This document shows, one piece after another, positions 26,659 to 34,296 of a stretch of 35,823 bases of DNA. The notes below the pieces were generated by a model. It saw nothing but the letters and a program-made list of their open reading frames with translations. It ran no database searches and had not been told where the DNA came from. How positions within the stretch are numbered: position 1 is the stretch's first letter; each line of letters opens with the position of its first letter. The stretch is from sequence record SRR20825006_1377. The stretch is one strand, 5' to 3'. The translations under genes and the position numbers were made by a program.

Positions 26659-27705
26659 ATGCCCGACCATCACACTGAACCCCGCCTGACATCCCTCGCC
26701 CATGGGGGCGGCTGTGGCTGCAAGCTCGCGCCGAATGTGCTGGCGGATATTCTCAGTGAGATGCCCCTGTCACTTGGCCATTCAGACTTGATTGTGGACG
26801 CGGGCAAGAGCGATGATGCGGCCGTCTACCTCATTAACGAGACAACCACGCTCGTTGCCACGACCGACTTCTTCACCCCCATCGTCGACGACCCGCATAC
26901 ATTCGGGCGCATCGCCGCAACCAATGCCCTGTCGGATATCTTCGCGATGGGGGCGAAACCCATCTTTTGTCTCGCCATTGTCGGCATGCCCATCGGCAAG
27001 ATTGCCAATGAAACGATCCGCGCCATTCTTGCGGGCGGGCGCAGCGTGGCCGAGGCCGCCGGCGCGCCCATCGCGGGCGGGCATTCGATTGACTCCGCCG
27101 AGCCAATCTACGGCCTCGTAGCCCTCGGCATGGGCCATCCCGACAAGTTGCTGTTGAACTCCAACGCACAGGCGGGCGATGTCCTGATCCTTGGTAAACC
27201 ACTCGGCATTGGCATCTATTCCGCCGCGTTGAAACAGGAACTCCTCTCCCCTTCCGAGTATGACGAAATGGTCGCCTCGACGACACGGCTCAATACGCCG
27301 GGCACGGAGCTCTCAGAAATTTCTGATGTTCATGCCGCAACCGACGTGACCGGATTTGGCCTGCTCGGCCATGCCAGCGAAATGGCGCGCGGTGCCGGCC
27401 TTCAGATCGTTATCGAGAAAAACAAGGTCCCTGTCTTTGAAGGCGCCCGTCGCCACGCACAGTCAGGCATCAAGACCGGCGCGTCCGGCCGCAACTGGGA
27501 TTCGGTATCTCATATGGTCACGGGTCAGATGTCCGCGATGGAGACCGACCTGCTCTGCGACCCGCAGACCAGCGGCGGGCTGCTCGTTTCCTGTTCGCCC
27601 GAGGCGGCGCACTCGGTATTGGTAACCTTCCGCCGCCACGGCCATGCCGATGCGGCCATCATCGGTCGGGTAGAGTCAGGTGCCGCCAGCGTTCGCGTTG
27701 AATAA
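26659..27705 (+). CDS. selD: Selenide, water dikinase (selenophosphate synthetase), Cys-type
   Basis: HGGGCGCKL, DDAAV, TTDFFTPIVDDP, ANALSD-like ATNALSD, GGHSI, TDVTGFGLLGH and DPQTSGGLL. Confidence 0.97.
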   Translation: MPDHHTEPRLTSLAHGGGCGCKLAPNVLADILSEMPLSLGHSDLIVDAGKSDDAAVYLINETTTLVATTDFFTPIVDDPHTFGRIAATNALSDIFAMGAKPIFCLAIVGMPIGKIANETIRAILAGGRSVAEAAGAPIAGGHSIDSAEPIYGLVALGMGHPDKLLLNSNAQAGDVLILGKPLGIGIYSAALKQELLSPSEYDEMVASTTRLNTPGTELSEISDVHAATDVTGFGLLGHASEMARGAGLQIVIEKNKVPVFEGARRHAQSGIKTGASGRNWDSVSHMVTGQMSAMETDLLCDPQTSGGLLVSCSPEAAHSVLVTFRRHGHADAAIIGRVESGAASVRVE

Positions 27706-27772
27706 CGCAAGTGTGACCCCACAAGGTCTACGCTCATGCTAAGTCTGCTTGCTCAAACTTCAGGAGAATTTC

Positions 27773-28213
27773 ATGCGCTTCAGCCTTGCTGCCATCTCGA
27801 TCGCTGCGCTTGCCGCATGTGGCCCATCCGTGGCTGCGTCCGGCAGTCTTGCTGATGTCAAGGAAATCACCGCGCCTGCTGAAGACACGAAAGTTCTGGC
27901 AGTCCTGAGCTATGCCAGCTGGTGTGGCAGCTGCAAGGTGCTCGATCCCAAGGTCGAAACCGTGCGGGCCTCAAACCCGTTTGACGGCGCTGAGTTCTTC
28001 GCCCTCGACTATTCATCCAGGGACGACTCTGCCTATTTCGCAGACGCAGAGACCCTCGGCATCGCTGGCACGATGCGCGAAATCTTCCCGGACAAAATAA
28101 AGACCGGCCAACTCTATCTGATTGACCGGTCTTCTGGAGATGTGATCAGCACCGTGACAAAATCTATGTCAGAAGCTGAAATCGCTGCCGCGATCGAGGC
28201 TGCGCTATCCTGA
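27773..28213 (+). CDS. Thioredoxin-fold lipoprotein
   Basis: AGGAG precedes ATG 27773. Lipobox LAAC and active site YASWCGSCK. Confidence 0.85.
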   Translation: MRFSLAAISIAALAACGPSVAASGSLADVKEITAPAEDTKVLAVLSYASWCGSCKVLDPKVETVRASNPFDGAEFFALDYSSRDDSAYFADAETLGIAGTMREIFPDKIKTGQLYLIDRSSGDVISTVTKSMSEAEIAAAIEAALS

Positions 28214-28216
28214 GAT

Positions 28217-28648
28217 TCAGGACGCCGTGCAGGCGCTGTCGTCCTTGTTCAGCTCACGGCGAACCTGATCGATATAGGTGCCCGTCATTTCGAAATCACT
28301 CCGAGTGATACCATAGGCCGGACTGCTGCCATCCTCGATGAAATCACTCATCAGGCGACCGGCGGCGTCTTCCAGGCCCAGGCTCTCATCTTCGCGAATG
28401 TCCGCCACGACCTGGCTGACTTTCAAAATGTCGGCCTGATCGTCTTCGGACTTATCAGCCAGCAGGGTCTGGTAGCAGCCGCAATAGACTTCGATCGTAT
28501 CGCCGTCCTCGGCGAGATCTTCCACAATCTCCGGATCCCCCGCCAGCATGGTATTGCAAACAGATGCTGCGTTATTGTCGCTTGAGACGCCCATACCGCA
28601 GGCGGCGAGAGCGAGACAGGCACTGGCGAAAAGGGGGATACGGATCAT
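28217..28648 (-). CDS. Hypothetical acidic lipoprotein with four mature-region Cys
   Basis: Lipobox LAAC; VCNT, YCGCY and C-terminal ACTAS. Confidence 0.75.
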   Translation of the reverse strand: MIRIPLFASACLALAACGMGVSSDNNAASVCNTMLAGDPEIVEDLAEDGDTIEVYCGCYQTLLADKSEDDQADILKVSQVVADIREDESLGLEDAAGRLMSDFIEDGSSPAYGITRSDFEMTGTYIDQVRRELNKDDSACTAS

Positions 28649-28670
28649 GAGAAAGTTCTTTCAGAATGGA

Positions 28671-29660
28671 TCAGGCCGGAACCTTGCCCGACAGCATGCC
28701 TGCCAGACGGTTTGTGATGATATCTTCAGCTTCTTTCATGATTCGGTCGATCAGTTCCTTACAGGTCGGAATGTCGTGGATCAGACCGGCGACCATGCCG
28801 CAGGACCAGGCACCTGCATCCATTTCGCCTTCTTTCATGATGCGCGGATAGACGCCTGCGACCTCTTCGATAATGTCTTCGAATTTGAGGTCTGCGCCCA
28901 GCTTGCGCTCTTTTTCCAACAGGCGCTCAACCGCAACATTGGTCAGCACGCGCTCGGTATTGCGCAGCGGACGCATGACAAGGCGGGTATCGAGTTCGGA
29001 CGCGGCAACGATGGCATCCTTCACATTCTGGTGCACGGGGGCTTCCTTCGTCGCGATGAAGCGTGTGCCCATGTTCATGCCGGATGCTCCCATGGCAAGA
29101 GATGCCACGAGGCTGCGTCCATCCGCCTGACCACCTGAGGAAACGAATGGAATTTCCAGTTCATCCGCCGCACGCGGCAGAAGGATCATGTTCGGGATAT
29201 CGTCTTCGCCAGGGTGTCCGCCGCACTCGAAACCATCGACGGAGACCGCATCACAGCCAATGGATTGTGCCTTCAGCGCGTGGCGTACGGCGGTACATTT
29301 GTGGATCACCTTGATGCCGTGCTCTTTCAGGATCGGCAGGACCTGCACAGGATTGTTCCCGGCGGTCTCTACAACTTTCACACCGCCTTCGATGATGGCT
29401 TTCACATAGCCTGGATAGTCCGGTGCGTTGACGACCGGCAGGAACGTAAGGTTCACGCCGATCGGCTTGTCAGTCATGTCACGACAGCGCGCGATCTCAT
29501 TTGCGAGGTCTGCAGGGGTTTTCTGCGTCAGGGCCGTAATGATGCCGAGACCGCCAGCATTCGACACGGCGGCAGCCATTTCGGCAAACCCGACATAGTG
29601 CATGCCGCCCTGGATGATCGGATGCTCGATTCCGAACATTTCTGTGATGGCAGTCTTCAT
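28671..29660 (-). CDS. Nitronate monooxygenase/FabK-like flavin oxidoreductase
   Basis: HPIIQGGM, AVSNAGGLG, DGFECGGHPG, GMNMGTRF, with an AAGGAGG RBS. Confidence 0.92.
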   Translation of the reverse strand: MKTAITEMFGIEHPIIQGGMHYVGFAEMAAAVSNAGGLGIITALTQKTPADLANEIARCRDMTDKPIGVNLTFLPVVNAPDYPGYVKAIIEGGVKVVETAGNNPVQVLPILKEHGIKVIHKCTAVRHALKAQSIGCDAVSVDGFECGGHPGEDDIPNMILLPRAADELEIPFVSSGGQADGRSLVASLAMGASGMNMGTRFIATKEAPVHQNVKDAIVAASELDTRLVMRPLRNTERVLTNVAVERLLEKERKLGADLKFEDIIEEVAGVYPRIMKEGEMDAGAWSCGMVAGLIHDIPTCKELIDRIMKEAEDIITNRLAGMLSGKVPA

Positions 29661-29747
29661 GGCATATCCTCCTTGTTTCCGGCCTATCCTTGGCGGAAGG
29701 ACGGCGCGGAAACAAGGCTGACATTGGGTAAAGAGTGCAGGCCGGCC

Positions 29748-31172
29748 CTAGCTGACGGGCGACCAGGACTTGTTCGGTTTGCTCCGGCGCTTCTGACCGT
29801 TGCCACCCTGACGGGAGCCACCCCCGCCAGATTCGGAACGCGCGGCGCTTCTATCGCCGCCATCCCGTGATCCACCGGGCTTGCCGCCCTTGTAGCCACC
29901 TTTGCCGCCACCACCGCCGGAGCGATTACGGTTCTGCGACTGGCCGCCCTGACGACGTCCGCCGCCCTGGCTTCTGCCACCGCCGCCGCGGCTCTGCTTG
30001 GTGTGCGGACCCGGCTCTTCCGGCAAGGACAGGTCGAGCGCCATGTCTTCGTCCAGATCAATCCGGTCGATCTTGCGACCAATCAGTTTTTCGATGTCAC
30101 GCAGATATCCGCGCTCATCATTGCCCACGAAGGACAATGCAATGCCGCTTTTCCCGGCGCGAGCTGTCCGGCCGATGCGGTGAACATAGGATTCCGGCAG
30201 GTTCGGCATGTCCATGTTCACAACATGGCTGACGCCGTCGACATCAATGCCGCGCGCGGCAATGTCGGTCGCAACCAGGATCGGGGCCTTGCCCTTCTTG
30301 AAATTGTCCAATGCACGAATGCGCTGGTTCTGGCTCTTGTTGCCGTGGATCGCCTCAGCATACAGGCCTTCATTGGCAAGGTAGCGGACCACTTTGTCAG
30401 CGCCATGCTTGGTGCGGGTGAACACGATGGCGCGGTCCATGTCGTCCTCAGACAGGATTTCGGCCAGCAGGCGCGGCTTGGCCGTACCCTTTACCATATA
30501 GACCGCTTGGTCGATCTTTTCGGCAGGCTTGGAAACGGTGGCGACGGTCACTTCGGCCGGATCGCGCAGGAAATCATTCGCAAGCGAGCGGATTTCCTTC
30601 GGCATAGTCGCCGAGAAGAGCAGCGTCTGGCGGCGCGTCGGAATGGCCTTCATCACCTTACGGATCGCAGGCAGGAAGCCCATATCCATCATCTGATCGG
30701 CTTCATCCAGCACGACCGCTTCGGTACCGCTCAGATTCACGGCGCCGGTTTCCATATGGTCCAGCAGACGTCCCGGTGTTGCCACCAATACGTCCACGCC
30801 GCGTGCCAGCGCACGGACTTGTCCACCGGGCTTCACGCCGCCCACGACAATCGCCGTGGTCAGCTTCATCTGGCTACCATAAACGCGCACGCTTTCGGCG
30901 ATCTGGGCGGCCAGCTCACGCGTCGGCGCCAGAATCAGGATGCGAGCCGCCTTGGAGACAGGGCGGCCAGGATTGGAGGCCATACGGCTGAGCAGCGGCA
31001 GCACGAAAGCTGCGGTCTTGCCGGTGCCGGTCTGGGCAATGCCCACAAGGTCGCGGCCTTCCAGCAGTGTCGGGATCGCCTGTTCCTGAATCGGAGTCGG
31101 CTTGGTATAGCCCTCAGCAGCAATCGCCTTGAGGACGGGCTCGGCGAGGCCGAGTTCGGTAAACTGTGTCAA
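29748..31172 (-). CDS. rhlE: DEAD-box RNA helicase, RhlE-like, with TTG start and a G/R-rich C-terminal tail
   Basis: Q motif PTPIQ, AQTGTGKT, PTRELA, TPGRLLD, LDEAD, SAT, HGNKSQ, ARGID and YVHRIGRTARAG. Confidence 0.93.
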   Translation of the reverse strand: MTQFTELGLAEPVLKAIAAEGYTKPTPIQEQAIPTLLEGRDLVGIAQTGTGKTAAFVLPLLSRMASNPGRPVSKAARILILAPTRELAAQIAESVRVYGSQMKLTTAIVVGGVKPGGQVRALARGVDVLVATPGRLLDHMETGAVNLSGTEAVVLDEADQMMDMGFLPAIRKVMKAIPTRRQTLLFSATMPKEIRSLANDFLRDPAEVTVATVSKPAEKIDQAVYMVKGTAKPRLLAEILSEDDMDRAIVFTRTKHGADKVVRYLANEGLYAEAIHGNKSQNQRIRALDNFKKGKAPILVATDIAARGIDVDGVSHVVNMDMPNLPESYVHRIGRTARAGKSGIALSFVGNDERGYLRDIEKLIGRKIDRIDLDEDMALDLSLPEEPGPHTKQSRGGGGRSQGGGRRQGGQSQNRNRSGGGGGKGGYKGGKPGGSRDGGDRSAARSESGGGGSRQGGNGQKRRSKPNKSWSPVS

Positions 31173-31345
31173 ATCAATACTTTCATGTGCGGGCGCCCAG
31201 CGGACTCAAAAGTCCGCGCGCCCTGTTAGGCTCTAAATTTTAGGAAGCCTGCTTTTGATCGGCATCCCGGTTGTTGGCGCACTCGACGCGAACCCGGAAA
31301 AGGCAACGATCAATGCGAGAGCAGCAGCTATTCGCCCTGCTACAG
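31173..31345 (-). promoter_or_regulatory. Structured 5' leader of the DEAD-box helicase gene
   Basis: Consecutive stems: GGGCGC..GCGGACT/AGTCCGC..GCGCCC, AGGCT..CTAAA/TTTAG..AGCCT and TTGATCG...CGATCAA. Confidence 0.6.
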
Positions 31346-31361
31346 CGGCATATGGCACGCT

Positions 31362-31378
31362 TTTGTGCGATGCACAAA
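31362..31378. promoter_or_regulatory. Perfect palindrome TTTGTGC-N3-GCACAAA, PhaR-like TF site
   Basis: TTTGTGC GAT GCACAAA lies upstream of the rhlE leader. Confidence 0.55.
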
Positions 31379-31391
31379 CGATATTAGCCGC

Positions 31392-32114
31392 TCAGAATTT
31401 CCAGCGCGCGCCGCGTGGCATATCGGCCACAAGGCTTTTGGCGGCCACCATGAACACCCGCTCCTGTCCCAATGCGAAGGCCATGGCCCCTTCCGGGAAG
31501 ATCGGCGCGAACGCTTCATCCAGCACGTTCAGTCCGCCCGTAAAGGCGCCCATGGCGGGCATCACCAGCCGTGCGCCATCGCTGGCGAAGCAGCGCCGCC
31601 GTACCGAACGCCCCCGCCCGATGATCTTGGCGGCCGGATGCAAATGCCCGGACACCTCGCCGATTTCCCCCGTCGGCTCGTGCCGGAAGACCAGCGCCCC
31701 GATGCGCAGCACCTTGCTGGCGCGGCCGCCGAGATGGGCCGGCGGGTCCGGATCATGATTGCCCTCTACCCAGACCCAGTCATGCGCCGATGTCAGCGCC
31801 TGAATGCGCCGCGCATATTCCTCCGGCAGGCGCAGCTCGGCCGCCCGGTCGTGGAAACTGTCGCCCAGCGAGATCACGGTCTTCGGCTGGAGCTCTGCAC
31901 AAAGTCGCTCGACCAGTGACAGCGTCGCGGCCGTATCGTAGGGCGGCAACAACTGGCCCCGCGCCGCAAACGCGCTCCCCTTCTCGAAATGGAGATCGGA
32001 CACGACCAGCACCCGCTCGGCCGCCCACCACAACGCCCCCTCCGGCAGCGGCGTCAGCAGCTCCCCGGCCAGGTGCAGGTGTGTTTCAGAGGGTTTCTTG
32101 GCGGCAGCAGTCAT
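31392..32114 (-). CDS. pdeM: Ligase-associated DNA damage response metallophosphoesterase/endonuclease
   Basis: VSDLHFEKG, LPPYDT, LGDSFHD, GNHDP, SGHLHP and PAMGAFTGGLNV. Confidence 0.93.
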   Translation of the reverse strand: MTAAAKKPSETHLHLAGELLTPLPEGALWWAAERVLVVSDLHFEKGSAFAARGQLLPPYDTAATLSLVERLCAELQPKTVISLGDSFHDRAAELRLPEEYARRIQALTSAHDWVWVEGNHDPDPPAHLGGRASKVLRIGALVFRHEPTGEIGEVSGHLHPAAKIIGRGRSVRRRCFASDGARLVMPAMGAFTGGLNVLDEAFAPIFPEGAMAFALGQERVFMVAAKSLVADMPRGARWKF

Positions 32115-32240
32115 GGACCATGAATCTGGCCCGCAATGGCCCGGGGGTCAACGTGGCACCCGCACGCCGCAGCGCGCAATTGACACATATTTCAACCTTT
32201 TCACGTAACCTAAGTTCAACCTGAAAGGTGGACCGACTTC

Positions 32241-32642
32241 ATGGACCGGGATACATGCGACCTCTACATCTATGATGGCGATTGTGCGCTGTGTTCGCGC
32301 TTCGTGAGGTTTCTGGTTGCACACGATCCGGAGGGGCGTTTCGCCCCGATGACAGCGCAGTCATCGGCAGGTCGGAAAATTTATATCGCCCAGGGGCTCG
32401 ACCCGGACGCCATGGAAACGGCCCTCCTCCGTATTGATGGCCGGTACTACCGCAATCTCGACGTCTTCACCGAAAGTCTCGCTGTCCTGGAATGGCCTTG
32501 GAAAGCCGCCATGGTGTTGCGCTGGCTGCCCTCCCCGTTGGCAAATTGGCTGTATCGCCGCATCGCGAACAATCGAAAACTATTGCAGGGCAAAAGTTGT
32601 CCAGTGCCGACACCTGAGATCAGGGTGCGCCTCATTGAATAG
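32241..32642 (+). CDS. DCC1-like thiol-disulfide oxidoreductase family protein
   Basis: YDGDCALC (DxxCxxC), LYRRIANNR and C-terminal SCPVP. Confidence 0.9.
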   Translation: MDRDTCDLYIYDGDCALCSRFVRFLVAHDPEGRFAPMTAQSSAGRKIYIAQGLDPDAMETALLRIDGRYYRNLDVFTESLAVLEWPWKAAMVLRWLPSPLANWLYRRIANNRKLLQGKSCPVPTPEIRVRLIE

Positions 32643-34296
32643 CCGCATACTAATCATTGGGGGATACGGGGTATTCGGAGGCCGCCTTTCTGCAGCCTTG
32701 CTTCAAGGGAATGAATACGATGTCATCGTCGCAGGGCGCAGCCTTCAGAAGGCAGAAGCGTTTTGCGAGCGACACGGCGGCATACCGTACACGATTGATA
32801 TCGATGCAATCGATCTTACTGAACAGGTGCGCGGTCTGGCGCCAGCAATCATCGTCGACGCTGCCGGTCCTTGGCAGGATTATGGGAAAGATCCCTACAG
32901 AGTTGCACGCGCCGGCCTCGCCTGCGGCGCGCACTATCTGGACCTGTCCGACGATGCGGCCTTTTCCGAGGGCATCGCCAGCCTCGACACAGACGCGCGC
33001 ACCAAAGGCGTGGTCATCATATCTGGCGTCTCAAGTGTCCCGGCCCTGTCGTCTTCGGCGACCGACGCCCTGTCGAAAGGCATGACGAGTATAGAGCTTG
33101 TCGAGAGTGCGATCACGCCGGGCAACCGCGCACCTCGCGGGCAATCCGTGATACGATCCATCCTCTCCCAAACAGGTCAGCCCCTGAAAGTCTGGAAGGC
33201 CGGAGCGTGGCGCCACGTGACCGGCTGGGGCGCAATTCGCTCTATCACACTGACTGTGCCGGGCATTCCTCCCCTGAAGAACCGCTGGCTCAGCCCTATC
33301 GGCGCGCCAGACCTTACGCTCTTGCCATCAAGATACGACGCCGCAAGTGTTCAGTTTTCTGCCGGACTGGAACTCAAGCTCATGCATGGCGGACTGTTCC
33401 TTTTGGGTAAGCTTGTTTCTCGCGGGCTCGTGAAATCTCTGACATCCTGGACGAGCGTGCTTCAACCGCTCGCCACCCTGCTGCGTCCGTTCGGATCCGA
33501 CCGCGGGGGAATGAGGGTTAGCGTTACAGGAAAAACTGCACAAGACACCCACGAAAACCGTATCTGGACACTTATAGCAGAAGCAGGAGATGGCCCCGAC
33601 ATTCCGACCGTGCCGGCGCGGATCATGATCCCCAAACTCCTGACCGGGCAAATCGACCCCGGCGCCAGACCTTGCCTTGGCGAATTCACATTGGATGAGG
33701 CCGAGGACGCGCTATCCTCCCTTAACGTGTCAACTGGACGGACCGATACGGAAATCACGCCCGTATTCAGGCAAGTCCTTGGTGGCGCCTTCGACAAACT
33801 CGCCGCTCCCCTTCAACACCTTCACACAGTTACAAGCGAGCATGTCTGGGAGGGCGAAGCGGAGATCCATCGCGGAAAAGGCTTTCTGGCTCTTCTGGCC
33901 AACAGACTTGCTGGCTTCCCGCCGTCTGGGCGAAACGTACCCGTCCGCGTCAGCATGGTGCGTAACCGGAACGGAGAAATGTGGACCCGCCAGTTCGGGA
34001 CACATCGGTTCTCATCTCACCTGCGCCGCGTCGAAAAAGACGATAGCGGGATTATCCGTGAACGTTTCGGCGTACTGGACTTCTCGATCAGGCTGCTGGC
34101 AGGCGAAAACCAATTAGAGTTTCCGGTCATGCGAGCCCGGTTCCTAGGAGTCCCTCTTCCCCGCTTCCTCCTACCTGTCAGCAACACTCGGGAAACTGTC
34201 CTGCCAGACGGCTCCTGTCAGTTTGACGTCGCGATCTATCACTCCTTCGCAGGACTTGTTGCCCACTACAAAGGATGGCTGCGCCCGGCCGCCTAA
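32635..34296 (+). CDS. Saccharopine dehydrogenase-like oxidoreductase fused to a C-terminal DUF4166-like domain
   Basis: Probable TTG start at 32635 overlaps the DCC1 gene end. Motifs ILIIGGYGVFG, VAGR, VDAAGP, HYLDL and GVSSVPALS. The C-terminal domain reads LQHLH...EMWTRQFG...ERFG...FDV..YKGWL. Confidence 0.82.
   Translation: MNSRILIIGGYGVFGGRLSAALLQGNEYDVIVAGRSLQKAEAFCERHGGIPYTIDIDAIDLTEQVRGLAPAIIVDAAGPWQDYGKDPYRVARAGLACGAHYLDLSDDAAFSEGIASLDTDARTKGVVIISGVSSVPALSSSATDALSKGMTSIELVESAITPGNRAPRGQSVIRSILSQTGQPLKVWKAGAWRHVTGWGAIRSITLTVPGIPPLKNRWLSPIGAPDLTLLPSRYDAASVQFSAGLELKLMHGGLFLLGKLVSRGLVKSLTSWTSVLQPLATLLRPFGSDRGGMRVSVTGKTAQDTHENRIWTLIAEAGDGPDIPTVPARIMIPKLLTGQIDPGARPCLGEFTLDEAEDALSSLNVSTGRTDTEITPVFRQVLGGAFDKLAAPLQHLHTVTSEHVWEGEAEIHRGKGFLALLANRLAGFPPSGRNVPVRVSMVRNRNGEMWTRQFGTHRFSSHLRRVEKDDSGIIRERFGVLDFSIRLLAGENQLEFPVMRARFLGVPLPRFLLPVSNTRETVLPDGSCQFDVAIYHSFAGLVAHYKGWLRPAA

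Noticed and set aside
26659-28648. Selenoproteins (UGA read-through) near selD
   Set aside because: SelD, the thioredoxin, OsmC and DCC1 all have ordinary Cys codons at their redox sites. No in-frame TGA with continued homology was seen.
29760-30000. GGC/GGT-rich repetitive sequence
   Set aside because: It encodes the ordinary Gly/Arg-rich disordered tail of the DEAD-box helicase and is not a DNA repeat array or CRISPR.
30003-31229. 408-aa plus-strand ORF, and similar long antisense ORFs such as 19418-20488, 18574-19395, 4580-5485 and 12664-13455
   Set aside because: They lie opposite well-supported genes, show no motifs, and are expected from GC-rich codon bias.
31353-31368. Sigma54-like TGGCACGCTTTTGTGC
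   Set aside because: The GG-to-GC spacing is not N10, and it points away from rhlE into the 3' end of pdeM.
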